Assembly (NCBI GenBank): GCA_964016885.1
Contig: OZ024745.1
Location: 31,062,001 to 31,126,000 of the forward strand
Length of the DNA stretch: 64,000 nucleotides
Direction of reading: 5' to 3'
Source: Eledone cirrhosa
Taxonomy: Eukaryota
Part shown: one piece after another, positions 34,831-64,000 of the stretch
Layout: each line of letters opens with the position of its first letter
How positions within the stretch are numbered: position 1 is the first letter of the stretch
The notes under the pieces: generated by a model
Databases searched by the model: none
Seen by the model: only the letters and a program-made list of their open reading frames with translations
What the model was told of the DNA's origin: nothing
Position numbers and translations under genes: made by a program

Positions 34831-37800
34831 ACACACACTATGATACCTTTCATATTTATCAGGAAATATTCAAATATTCACTACTCTCTCACAGCGACTA
34901 TCTCTTTTTCTCTATCTTTCTCTCTCTCTATTTATGAAGGTACACGGAAAAACCCCGTATGTCGGGAACTCCTGCTCCGAGTTACGTGAAATTTGTTTTA
35001 TTCAATTTGTATTCCCATTTTAGGGGCAACTTCCTTTCAAAATATTTTCCATTATGCGCCGTTTACAGACAAGCACACAGTCACAGAGTTTTAGTAGTAT
35101 ATAAATAAATATTCAATACCATACAAACGTGTGAGAGTGTGATTGTGAAGGCATTTTATGAAAGTAAAGCTACTGTTTTTCCGAATAGTAACATAAGGTG
35201 GTAAATCAGCAGAGTTGTTAGACCAGAAAATGGTGACTAAAAACATCTAAGAAGCCACTTATGAAATCCAACCTCAAAAGAAACTAACTAAACCATGGTT
35301 GGGGGCCATAAAAACAACAGACCACAAAGAGTGTGAATGGCTTATGAGTGATGGCGAGTTTATCAAAACAGTGACATGACCAATATTTCAGTGATGGAGT
35401 AGTATTTAACTCACAAAGAAAGCATATCATTTTAAACAAAGTTTGTTCTATTGTAGATATCTATCTGTTTACAGATAGATATCTATATAGACAGGAAGGG
35501 TGAATATTTATGGAGATGAAAGATTTTTTGAATATGCAACTTTTAGACAGAAGATTGCTTTATTGATAAATAAAATTTATATATTAATATATAAACACAA
35601 TGTATATTGTGCACACTCAAACACGCCGTGCAGGAATTTACCTCAAATAATTTGTAGACAAACCAACACACTGGCAACATTGCTGCAGGTGTAGCGTGAC
35701 TAAGGCACAGGATTAACCAAGTAACTACGCAAGCATCACCTGATAGATCGGTAAGAATGTAGTTTGGAATTATTCCTCATTAATGAGAGTGGATTGGCAG
35801 TATCGGTAGAGGGACGGACGCCATGCTTTCCAGCATAGTTATGTCCCTTTACGATCTGAGTTCAAATCCCGCCGAGCTTGACTTTGCCTTTCATCCTTAC
35901 GGGGTCGATAAAATAAAGTACCAGTAATGCACTGGGTAATTGCTGGCCTTGTGCCTAAAGTAGAAACAATTAATGAGAGTGTTTTATGAGTGTCCTTAAT
36001 AAATGTTGTGACAGTTTTGGTACTCCTGAAAAATACTAGATTGTCTTAGAAAATGTAGGGATCCTAAACGCAGAAAGTAACTGTAATCGCAGCTGATTAT
36101 TATAAATGATAGCTTATAAAATCGGGTTAAAACCCCATATAAACGGGAAAAAAGTGGCCAGCACCACTACGGAGAAACGAACTCTGTGTTGCATTTCTGC
36201 TTCACATTCTAGTTTGGTGCCTACTCCCCGCTGAATAAGAGAGAATTATGATAGGTGATGTGAGGCCGATGACAAACACTTTCGCTGTAAGCCGTCGTAC
36301 CGTGTAACGAACTCTAGCATGGAGATGTTGGTCACCACAGTGTTTGACCAGACTAAACAGTGCTATACCAACAGACAAAGGGAGACAACTCTAACACAAA
36401 CTTCGATGGGAAAGACTGATTGCTCCATAGACTCGCAGTTGTGTTTGGTGATAATTGTATCAGATACAGCTGAAGGTTTACTGGTGTCAATGGTAGCGAT
36501 ATTCTTATGGCTTAGATACGTATGTCACACAAGAGACAAGCCATCTATTGAGCACATACTGGCGATTAAGGAAAAATATTAGTGGTTGGTCATAGTTTTC
36601 TTTCTTAATAAATAAATATATACAAAAAAGTAAATATTGTAAAGACTATCGCATTTTAAAAGTAATCACATATATAAAGAATAATTCTAAAAATATATTC
36701 AGTGGTATATTTGATAGAAAAATAATGAATGAGAGAGAGTGGACACAAATACGTTTTACGAAAACAAGGCTACTATTTTACAAGATTTGTTAGATGTATC
36801 ATAGTTTGTTCTATTGTTGTTATTTATTAATAATGTAATAAAGAAACCGTTATTGTCAATAACATAACACCAAACATAAGAAATTCATGGGAAAACTGTA
36901 AGTAAACCTGTTATTAGTTCAATATTTTAAATATGATATATTAGTGTTTCTAGTAAAAACATATCTCCTAGTGGTTAACTTTATTTAAGCCGATTGTAAG
37001 AGATTTATTGATAAACAATGCCTCTTTCGATAAGCACTTTTTCCAATTTCTATATATAAGTGGAACTATATTTTAAAAAATATATTTGTTTTTATTTGTA
37101 AACATTGTTTTAAGTAAATCACTATATATAGTGCAAATATTTATTGATGAATAAACATTCTCTCTCTCTCTATATATATATATATAATTATATCTGCGTC
37201 CACGGATTAATATATCTTTTTCAGAAGATCCCGTATATGGGTGAAAGCAGAAATTGTTTGCTTAAACGTTTAATATGTAATATGATTATTGCTGTGAAGT
37301 CTTATCATGGTCGAGGTCGTAGTCGTTTGTTGTGGTGATGTGATATTGCCGTGGGGGAAAACGATTTTCCTCAAATCACATTGATATGAATTTAAAAATA
37401 AACAAGACACCACTAATTGTATATGTTTTTATTAGTTGCATGATTTACTTCAAAATCATGTGCAGTAATAATGAACAGTAAAAAAATACACGTCTAATTT
37501 TAGTGTATTGATTGTGCGTGTTAATGTAGAATCTGAAAGTAGAGAATTAACTAACTTGTGATATTGTTATTGGTAGCCAGCCCTACATGCTCTGAGCCAG
37601 CGGAGTTGTCTAGCGAGTGTGTGTGTCTGAGTGTCACTACATGGTGAACTGTGCTGTCTGTATGTTGCAGTGCAAAGAAGCTGAGTGTACTCTGTGGCAG
37701 AGCAAAGAAAAGGACTCTTCTATCCTGGAATCAAAATCATTTGTTTTTATAAGGATTGTGTGCTCAGAAAATATTAAACACATGACCCCAGATAGTTTCC

Positions 37801-38083
37801 TTTTAAACAAGGCAGTAAATCTTTTTGGCGACATTGTTAGTTCAAACAAAAGAATTGATATCTCAGTCTGACTGAGGTTAACGGTCAGTGTGTATTGATA
37901 AAACGACTACCTGAGAACATGGGAATGGTTTTGCTACATTAGTTCCCTGCCCAGATCGATGCATCAACAGTAATCGATAATAGAAGAGGTAGCGAAATCA
38001 GACTGCTAGAGTATGATTTGAAAAATATAGAATCGAGTTCTATACTGGCGTTGGTTATATGGAGATTTGAGTTGCTCTACATA

Positions 38084-38487
38084 TAAACACCCACAAAATT
38101 GTTAACCATCTTGCCAACAACAACCCTGAGTACCTTTTTGATTTCCATGTGTCTAACACACGTGGGCATGCCCACAAAGTCAGAAAACAGTACAATTCCC
38201 ATGACTTTCGGAAACATTTTTCACGCTCAGAGTTGCTGAAGCATGGAACAAACTCCCTGCATCAGTTGTTAGCTGTCGAGACACTGCATCCTTTAAGGCC
38301 TCCATGCTTCCCGAAATTCGCCAACATTACACCTAATGTTCCCCCTCCATGCACATACGCACATGTATATCATGACTCATACACTATTCACTTCCCTGAC
38401 ATTTGTGTATTATTCTATGTACTATACATGCACCTTTAATGAGTTGTAGTGCACCTGAGCACTTTACACAATAATTTCATTATATTA
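38084..38487 (+). mobile_element. CR1 LINE 3' fragment
   Basis: Near-identical to the 3' end of 42195-44776 (SNTRGHAHKV; GAGTTGTAGTGCACCTGAGCAC). Confidence 0.85.
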
Positions 38488-39045
38488 CATATATGTTAAA
38501 AAGCCATGTTGGGAAGCTAATGTTGATTAAAGTAGAACTATATTATTGCCTAGTCTCTTCTCCTTAATAAGATTTCTATCTTTATATCTTACACTGTCTC
38601 TTTATTTCAGAGTATCTAGTAATGTTGGGACAACAATTTATCACTCAAGATATTTCAACAAATTTATTACAGACTGAAGAATGATATCAAAAATATATGT
38701 AAGCATTGGCCACCAGCATGGAGAAGAGAGACGTTCAGTGTTTATATAATCTTGAAGAAACTTGAAGATATACCTCTTGGATAATTTTGTAAAATGGTTG
38801 TATTTGAAAAATTTCAAATGTTAGTTAAATGGGTTGATGCCTTACATAACTAGTTATATCTTAAGAACTGATCTCTAATTACAAGAAAATGAATGCATTC
38901 AGCACTGAATATATCTAAAGACAAATTTATTTCATGATGTCACTGTTTACAAACTAGTTTCATTAGGAAATGTTGACATTTGATTTCATAGACAACCAAA
39001 CTACAAAAGAATCTTAATTGTATTTTATGAAAAACTGATGGCATT

Positions 39046-40401
39046 ATGGAGGAAAAATTGTGTAAAAGTCAGGATTATGATGAAATACTATCTGATGATA
39101 ATGATTTATCTCAGACACAAGTAGATGTAGAGAAGAAATCATACACATGTGATATTTGTGGTAAGACATTCTCTGAAAATTGTGTTTTCAATACTCACAA
39201 GTGCAATTATACAGGGGATAAACCACACCATTGTGATATTTGTGGTAAAAGATTCTCACACAAGAGAACACTAACTTCACATAAAAATATTCACACAGGT
39301 GAGAAACTATACCAGTGTGATATCTGTGGTAAAACATTCATACACATAAGGACATTAACTGCCCACAAACGTGTTCACACTGGTGAGAAACCATACCACT
39401 GTGATATCTGTGGTAAAGCATTCTCTGAAAGTGGTACATTAACTCGTCATAAACATATACACACTGGAAAGAAACCATATCTCTGTGATACCTGTGGTAA
39501 AACATTCACACGTAATGTCCATTTGACTAGACACAAACGTACTCACACTGGGGAAGAACCATATCACTGTGATATCTGTGGTAAAACATTTACACAGAGT
39601 GGTACATTAACTTCTCATATACGTATTCATACAGGTGAGAAACCATATCGCTGCGATATCTGTGGTAAAACATTTTCCAAGAATTGTAATGTAACTCGTC
39701 ATAAACATATCCACACAGGTGAAAAACCATACCATTGTGATGTATGTGGTAAAACATTTTCTCACAGGTATAACTTAACTTGTCATAAAAACACACACAC
39801 TGGTGAGAAGCCATACCATTGTGATATCTGTAGTAAAAGCTTCTCACACATGCGTAAATTAACTAATCACAAATATATTCATGCAAATGAGAAACCTTAC
39901 CACTGTGACATCTGTGGTAAAACATTTTCTCAAAGTACTTATTTGAATTATCATAAACAGACTCACACAGGTGAGAAACCATATCACTGTGATGTCTGTG
40001 GGAAAACTTTTACAAAAAGTAGTTCATTAACATCTCATATACGTATTCATACAGGTGAGAAACCATACCACTGTGATACCTGTGGTAAAACATTCTCTGA
40101 AAGAGGAACATTAAATCGTCATAAACATATTCACACTGGAGAGAAACCATACCACTGTGATATCTGTGGTAAAACATTCACTCATAAGGTAACTTTGACT
40201 CACCATAAATCTACACACACAGGTGAGAAACCATATCAATGTAATATCTGTGGTAAAGCATTCACACAGAGCAGTGCATTATCTTCTCATAAACGAATTC
40301 ACACAGGTGAGAGACCATATCATTGTGATATCTGTGATAAAACATTCTCATACAAGAGTAATTTAAGAGTTCATCGACTTAAGTCTCACCAGAAGCAATA
40401 A
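39046..40401 (+). CDS. C2H2 zinc-finger protein, 451 aa, 14 canonical plus 1 degenerate tandem fingers
   Basis: Intact ORF of C-x2-C-x12-H-x3-H repeats with TGEKPY linkers after a short acidic N-terminus. Candidate upstream acceptor TTTATTTCAG at ~38610 suggests a spliced 5' UTR. Confidence 0.92.
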   Translation: MEEKLCKSQDYDEILSDDNDLSQTQVDVEKKSYTCDICGKTFSENCVFNTHKCNYTGDKPHHCDICGKRFSHKRTLTSHKNIHTGEKLYQCDICGKTFIHIRTLTAHKRVHTGEKPYHCDICGKAFSESGTLTRHKHIHTGKKPYLCDTCGKTFTRNVHLTRHKRTHTGEEPYHCDICGKTFTQSGTLTSHIRIHTGEKPYRCDICGKTFSKNCNVTRHKHIHTGEKPYHCDVCGKTFSHRYNLTCHKNTHTGEKPYHCDICSKSFSHMRKLTNHKYIHANEKPYHCDICGKTFSQSTYLNYHKQTHTGEKPYHCDVCGKTFTKSSSLTSHIRIHTGEKPYHCDTCGKTFSERGTLNRHKHIHTGEKPYHCDICGKTFTHKVTLTHHKSTHTGEKPYQCNICGKAFTQSSALSSHKRIHTGERPYHCDICDKTFSYKSNLRVHRLKSHQKQ

Positions 40402-42194
40402 CATTGATATCTCAGGGAAAACATTGTCAGTGAATCCTATATAAACCTATTATTAAAATATTTCCACAGTGAAAATGATACTACTTTGATATCTAATTAA
40501 AATATTTTCATATAAAAGTAAATTATTCTAAATTTAGTCTTCATCATCATCACTGTTTAATGTCTGTGCATGTGTTAGATGGGTCATCCATTTTATGAGA
40601 CAAGTCTGGCCAGTTGGCCATGCTGTACCTTGCTCAAACGAAACTGTATTTTGGCTGGGGGATTTTTACAGCTGGATGCCGTTCCTAACATCAACCAAGT
40701 TTAAAATGTGGAACTGGATGGTCCCATTATGGGCTATTTGGCTGGGTTCTTACAGCTGCTGGAAGCCCTTTCTAACACCAACGTTTATTATGATAGAACA
40801 TATCCAAAGATTGCAGTAGAGAACTTCACAGATATAGTCACACTAGTGGTAAAGCATATCACTTTGATATTGTGTTTAAACATTCCTACACAGAAGAAAA
40901 TGAATTGTTCACTCATACAGCAAAGTTACCATATGATAAATCTATTAAGAAAACTACATAGGTGACATAATCTGGCCGATATCCCTCTCGGAGTCATATG
41001 TCCAAACATACTCTTTCTCTGCCTTCATATCTATAATAACTAACTTGGTTCCAAACACAAATTATTATCATAATTATTTGACTATTATTACTATTTTACC
41101 TTACTACAGCCTATGAGGTGTGGCCATGCTGGAGCTCTGTGAATGGATTGCTGATGGTTAATTTGAAATACTTTTGTTTCTTTGAATTGTTACAATAATC
41201 TAGAAGCTTCATTGTAGTTGTTACATTATTTATACAGTAATAAATATTTCAAAGAATCAGATGACATCTCACACTTGCATTGTTTAATATTTTATTTTTA
41301 CCCTTTGAGGCCCAACTGCAATGAAAGGAATCCTGGGAGATCGGCAAGCAGGGCTGAACAGACCTTATTGCCTGGAATATAAGTGAATCCAAAGACTCAG
41401 TTTTTGGTAAAATGAAAATACAAATAATAAACAATCATTAATTAAAGAATACCTTTGCCAAAGAATTATTTTAGTAAAATTAGCTTTTCATGAAATATTG
41501 TGAATAAGGAATTTAAATAAAAGATATAATACAGGGCTATGGATAATTGTATTCCCAGTAAAATCATCTCTAAACAATAGGTAAGAAATGCATAAGAGTT
41601 AGAAGGACTCTTTTTCTTAATTAAAATAGAATAATGCTCTTGAGAGCAAACAAAATCTTATATAATCAATGCATGGTATTGTATGGTCCCGTAACTCCTG
41701 ATGGAGTTGTAGAGGCATTTTTAAGCCTGGCAGAGCCCAGGCATGAAAGCACTAGATTTCTTCCAGTGAAGGATAGAAAGTGAGAAAGGGATATAGAAGA
41801 AGAATTGACCCCAATACTAGACCTATTTTTTTTTATTGACCTTGAATGGATGAAAGGCAAAGTTGGCCTTGGCTGGATTTGAAGTGAAAAAGCAGGGAAC
41901 TGGAGCAAATACCACAAAGCATTCTACCTGACATTCTAACCTCACTGCCAATTTGCCGTCTAAGCAACTCTCTGGAAGAACAAACCATTTTTATATTTAC
42001 GTTGTCTAAACATAAAACTTTGTAGAAAAATTGCTTGCTATAATACTACTGAGAATGAACTTCAAAGCATGACATCAAGAAGGTAATGATGCAACTCAAG
42101 CTCAACATGAGTAGTTTCACATCAAATTTCACTCAGAATCTTGAAGGAATTGTATATATATATATATTTTTTTTTTTCTGCGATATACGTATGA

Positions 42195-44776
42195 CCATGT
42201 CAACACTGCTACTTGGAGTCGTTTACCGTCCCCCAAATTACCATCAGGACACTCAACTTTGTGATATCCTCAGAGATGCTGCCAGGAAGACAGCCACTTA
42301 TGTTTTCATTGCAGGTGACTTCAATCACCCTGAGATTGACTGGGAGACTTTTCGTTGGCCGCCAAGTGCAAATGACTTCCTTGAGCTGGTGCTGGACTCG
42401 AGTTGGTCCCAGGTGGTCACCTCCCCAACGAGAGGTGACAACACTTTGGACCTACTCTTCACCACTACTCCTGAAACGGTCATTAGTGTTACTGCTGAGG
42501 ACCCTTTAGGTGACTCTGATCATGCTATGATCATTGCCAATCTATCCCTCATGGGCAGTAACAAGAACCACAACCATCTCCAAACTGCTCACTTTGACTG
42601 GAATAAAGCAGACTCGAACTGTTACTGCACCGAGCTGCAACGGCCAAACTGGCTTGAGTTCTACGACTCTGGAGATGTCAACACTGTACTCTAGAACATC
42701 CTGAGCTCAATATGGACAGCATGTGCAGCATCAGTGCCATGTAAGTGGAAAAAACATCCAAAAGCGCAATTTGGGAGACTGCAGCAGTCCATCTCTTGCC
42801 AGAAAAGAACGGCGCAATGCTGAACGTGAGTACAAACTTCACAAATCAGACATTAATAGGAAGAGGCGAAATAGATCGTCCAACCACCTCAAACAGGTGT
42901 CAAAAAAGGCAGTGCTTCAATTTGAGCAGCGCATAGCACACCAGCCCTGACAGTAAGGTGTTCTGGAAGTATGTTCACTCAAAGCAGAGGCCTCACTCTC
43001 CAGTTGGTCCTCTTCGCAATCCCCACACAAGCCAGGTTACTGACGACCCTAAGGAATGCGCAGAGCTCATTGCTGAATGCTATGCAGGCATTTTCACTAT
43101 TGAAGACCAGAGTGTACCATCTCCACCACCTATGACACCGGACTCTATTACAACCATGGAATTTACACCTGCAATGCTGCGACGTCACCTAAAAAATAAA
43201 CACAACCATGCCTCTCCTGGTCTTGATGGTGTTACGTACCTGCTTCTTAAACGTGGTGGGTACTTCCTTCTACACCAGTTATCACGCTTCTTCCAATTCT
43301 GTCTGAACAACAGTGCTACTCCAGAACAGTGGAAAACTGCCAGTGTCATTCCTCTGTTCAAAAAGGGTGACCGCACATCACCTGTGAACTATCGTCCAGT
43401 CAGTCTTACTAGTTGCATCGCCAAACTGATGGAATCCTGTGTCAGAGAAACACTTTGGAACTTCTGGAGCTCTCACAGTCTTATCCGGCCCTCGCAATTT
43501 GGATTTATCCCCAACTCCAGCTGCTGTGATCAACTTATAGAGTTTCTTGAGGACATCACCCGGATCACTGATGGCGGCTCATGGGTGGATGTTGTTTACC
43601 TTGACTTTGCGAAGGCCTTCAATTCTGTGCCACACAAAAGGCTTATGGCAAAACTCTCTGCAATGGGTGTGAAGGATGATCTTTTTAACTGGTTGAAGTC
43701 CTTCATTCTCAGTCGAAGAGAGGTAGTCACGGTTCTGGGACAGCATTCCTCACCATATGAGATGTCATCTGGTGTACCACAGGGATCTGTTCTTGACCCC
43801 CTTTTGTTTGTGGCATATATTAATGACATAGATGCCAACTTAAGGAATGCCACAGTACTAAAGTACGCAGACGACATCAAGCTGTACCTTGAGATAAAAA
43901 GGACAGATCCTGAACACTATAGATCTTGCTTGCAGTCTGACCTGGACACAATGCAACAGTGGATCTCAGACTAGCAACTCAAGCTAGCTGTGCACCACCA
44001 TGCATTTTGGGAGTAAAAACCCAGCATCCACATACTCCCTCCACAGCACTAATATCAAGAAGTCTTCCTGTGAACGTGACCTGGGCATTACGGTCAGCAG
44101 CGATTTGCGTTGGACAAGGCACGTCTCTAAAATTGTCAAGAGGGCCGAGGGTGTCTTAGCATCACTCAGCAAGACCTTTGTCAGCCGCTCTCCAGATATC
44201 TATTTAAGGCTGTATACAGCTATGGTGCGACCACACTTAGAATTTGCATCACCAGTCTGGAACCCCTATCTTGCTCAGGACATTGACCACCTGGAAACTG
44301 TTCAGAGACGTGCAACCAAGCGAATACCCTCCATCAGGCATCTACCATACTCTGAGCACCTTTCTTCCCTTGGCATGGATTCATTGAAGCTCCGACGCCT
44401 GGCAACTGACTTGGTAAACACCCATAAAATTGTTAACTATGTTGCCAACAACAACCCTGAGTACCTTTTCGATTTCCATGTGTCTAACACACGTGGACAT
44501 GCCCACAAAGTAAGAAAACAGCACAGTTCCCATGACTTTCGGAAACATTTTTTCGCGCTCAGAGTTGCTGAAGCATGGAACAAACTACCTGCATCAGTTG
44601 TTAGCTGTCGAGACACTGCATCCTTTAAGGCCTCCATGCTTCCCGAGATCCGCCAACACTACAGCTAACACATAGACACATGTACTTCCCTGACATTTGT
44701 GTATTACTCTATGTACTGTATTGACGAGTTGTAGTGCACCTGAGCACTTTACACAATAATTTCATTATTATTATTA
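42195..44776 (+). mobile_element. CR1-clade LINE ORF2 (APE plus RT), 5'-truncated, few disruptions
   Basis: GVVYRPP, GDFN, TLDL, SDH (APE); NYRPVSLTS, YLDFAKAF, GVPQGS, YADD (RT); TRGH C-terminus; (ATT)n tail. Confidence 0.92.
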
Positions 44777-44802
44777 TATTTCAACAGTGTTTTAGATCTA
44801 TT

Positions 44803-44988
44803 GTATATACTCAAATATAAGCTGTTGAATATGTGACCAAAAAATTTATGGTGAAGTGGGTCTGCTTATAATCAGGATCAATATTTTGATGATTTTCATC
44901 AACTTCAAATTCTACATAAAATAAAATCAAACATAAAATTGTGGGATCAGCTATATTCGTATTGGCTTATATTCAACTATATATGGTA
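44803..44988. mobile_element. Tc2/pogo-like MITE
   Basis: Ends GTATATACTCAAATATAAGC.. / ..GCTTATATTCAACTATATATGGTA; related copies at ~63515-63708 and ~7925-8017. Confidence 0.5.
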
Positions 44989-45469
44989 AGTATATTTTAT
45001 TCCTTTTGATAGCAAACTGACTGAAAACGCCCCTAGTTCAATGATACTGAGCTGTTTATTTTAAAGAGTTTATCATCATCATCATCACTAGTTAATGTCT
45101 ATTTTCCATGGTTAGATGGACTCTCATGTTATGAAGCTAGACAGATCAGGTGACTATGTCTTGCTCACATGTTCCTTTTTTGGCTTGGTTTTCTATGGCT
45201 GGGTGCCCTTCCTAACACCAATCGTTTCACTGTACAGCACCAGCACTACCACCTTACAGGGTAGACTAAGTGTTTTTTTCATGGCATGAGCACCACAACC
45301 TTACAGAGTAGACTGAGTGCTTTTAGTTGTGGCACTAGCACTACCACCTTACAAGGTAGACTGGATGCTTTTAGTCATGGCACCAGTGCTACCTCATTAT
45401 GATATTTGGGTGCTCGTTGTGTCATTAGGGTGGCAGTGAACCTGCAGAAAGTGAAGAAAAAGAGATTGG

Positions 45470-46360
45470 TACTGAAAATATGGAAGATCAAAATGCTGCC
45501 AGAGAAATTTTGGAAATGATGAAAAAGAAGGAATTCACAGATTACAAAGATTTCAAAAAGGTGGGTATTGGTAGACTGAAAAACATGACCAACAGCGTGA
45601 AGGGATTACTTTGCTACATAGAAGCAGGAGATATCACAGAAATAAATGATTTGATCAGGGCTGGAACAACATTTGTGGTAAAGACTAAAGAACAGAAAGG
45701 AGAAAAGCATGGTGGAAGAGAAGGACTCAAGAAGACAAAGATTTTAAGGTAAGATGTAAATATACTTGAAAGAAAGACCAGGGGGCAATTGAAATATGAA
45801 AGGAATTACAAAGAACTAGATTAACAATACAGAATTGTGAGGAATGGATTGAATGTTGTTCTGGAAGAGTTAAGACAGAGACAGAGATAAAATAGAGACT
45901 AGGAGCTGAAACAGAGACTAACAGTTAAAACAGAAAATTAAAATATATGACTAGAGAAAAAAATCATACATTCAGTACAGACCTGAAAAAAATCTATCAT
46001 GAACTGAATGGTGATTTTTGGCAGGAAGGTTTAATTCTGGATGCAGAAGAAAGCAAGAAATTTTGGTGGATACATTTGAAGTGGGAAGGAGGAGCACAAG
46101 GATGATGCATAATGACTAGTTGATATTTAAAGTATGAGAGGGAATATCTGCCGCAAAACACAGTTGTGAATATAGAACAAATGGTAAACAGTCAGTGTTG
46201 TAAAGTACCAAATTGGAATGGGGCTGGATCAGATCGTGTCCTAGGGTATTGGTTAAAAAGGTTTACATTTCTTCACAGTAAAATACCAGTTGAACTCAAT
46301 GTTATCTTAAACAGAGCAAAACTTATACCATGTTGGATGGCTTATGAGGGAACTGGTCTG
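45470..46360 (+). mobile_element. Degenerate R4/Dong-like LINE fragment
   Basis: ITEINDLIRAG and KVPNWNGAGSDRVLGYWLKRF..LH..IPCWM resemble the region upstream of the RT in REL-type LINEs such as the 10431 element. Confidence 0.55.
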
Positions 46361-46876
46361 TGTCTTGCTTTGGAGGCCTACATCTCACATCTGGCCAGGT
46401 TCTATTATGAGTGCTGTGTCCTCATCATCGACGTCGCCGTCATCAATATCTTCTATTTGATTGTATTTGATAATGTTTTCTATTTAATCAGAAGTAAATC
46501 AGATTGATTTTCTTTCTTGCTTTTTATTTTTTCTAAAGGAATTTACTTCGCTAACATTGTGTATTCCTTCAGAGAGTAATTGAAATAAGCTAAAGTATTT
46601 ATAATTCTTAATTTTACTAATGATCTATTTTAACAATTATATATATATATTCTAATTTTGAAGTATGCCAATTAGGCGTGTAATGAAAAACCTAATCAAG
46701 AACTATTGACATGCCGGATATTTTATTGACAGTTGAATATTTACCGGTTACACCGTTTCTCTGTCGTCAATGACTAGAGAGGTAGACATTGTGACTGATA
46801 ACTTTCTTTCGATTATTATACAATTGCAAATTAAGGAATTCTTTAACGGAGCTGTTATTTCATAAAACCAACAACC

Positions 46877-63547
<16,671 letters not shown>

Positions 63548-63736
63548 TAACCAAAAAAATCGATGGTAGAAGGCATTTGGCTTATATTTGGGATCAATAT
63601 TTTGACGATTTTCACCAACTTCAGATTCTATGTAAATAAGGTTTTGATTTTTACCCATTTCTCAAACATAAAATAGTGGGGTCAACTTATATTCAAGGAC
63701 ATACGGTAAATTTTATATTATATTATATTATACATG

Positions 63737-64000
63737 GAGGCACATGGCTTAGTGGTTAGAGCATTGGGCTTGCAATCGAAAGGTTGTGAGTTGAATTTTC
63801 AGACCGGGTGATGTGTTGTTTCCTTGAGCAAGACACTTTATTTCACATTGCTCCAGTTTACTCAGCTGTAGAAATGAGATGATAGGGACTGGGGTCCCTA
63901 TCATTCCACTGTAAAGTGGACATGTAGGCGCCATGGAAAAAAAGCACCCAGCACTCACTGTAAATGAGGTTAGTGTTAGGAAGGGCATCCAGCTGTAGAA
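63737..64000 (+). mobile_element. tRNA-derived SINE (head of the RTE-tailed family), cut by the window end
   Basis: A box TGGCTTAGTGG, B-box-like GAGTTGAATT, core CCTTGAGCAAGACACTTT, then TTAGGAAGGGCATCCAGCTGTAGAA as in 19835-20255. Confidence 0.75.

Noticed and set aside
36319-36582. 87-aa ORF in a GC-richer patch upstream of the ZNF gene
   Set aside because: No recognisable motif or splice support; may be promoter or repeat sequence.
37575-37871. Cys-rich ORF (MVNCAVCMLQCKEAEC) as an upstream domain of the ZNF gene or a LINE ORF1
   Set aside because: No complete motif and no clear in-frame splice to 39046; cannot be assigned without a search.

Overview
AT-rich, repeat-dense animal genomic DNA, most likely an octopod cephalopod (inferred from the HTGEKPYHCDICGK-type C2H2 array and the SINE/LINE landscape). 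Three host genes were read by hand from GT-AG exons. They are B3GNTL1/QTGAL (minus strand, 8 coding exons seen, runs off the left edge), a single-ORF C2H2 zinc-finger gene (plus), and CDC5L (plus, 12 coding exons seen, runs off the right edge). The rest is nested mobile DNA: Buster/Charlie-type hAT, mariner and MITEs, non-autonomous Helitrons, RTE, CR1, Tx1-like and R4/Dong-like LINEs, a GIY-YIG Penelope-like element, tRNA-derived SINEs and mini/microsatellites. The most notable non-coding signal is five intact minimal type I hammerhead ribozyme motifs plus a degenerate pair, all in AT-rich modules bounded by (TA)n tracts. Two sit as an inverted pair and one lies sense inside a CDC5L intron. 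Long fold-back palindromes recur across the window, and a (TAA)n landing pad next to a QTGAL splice acceptor has collected two different LINEs. No searches or folding programs were run.
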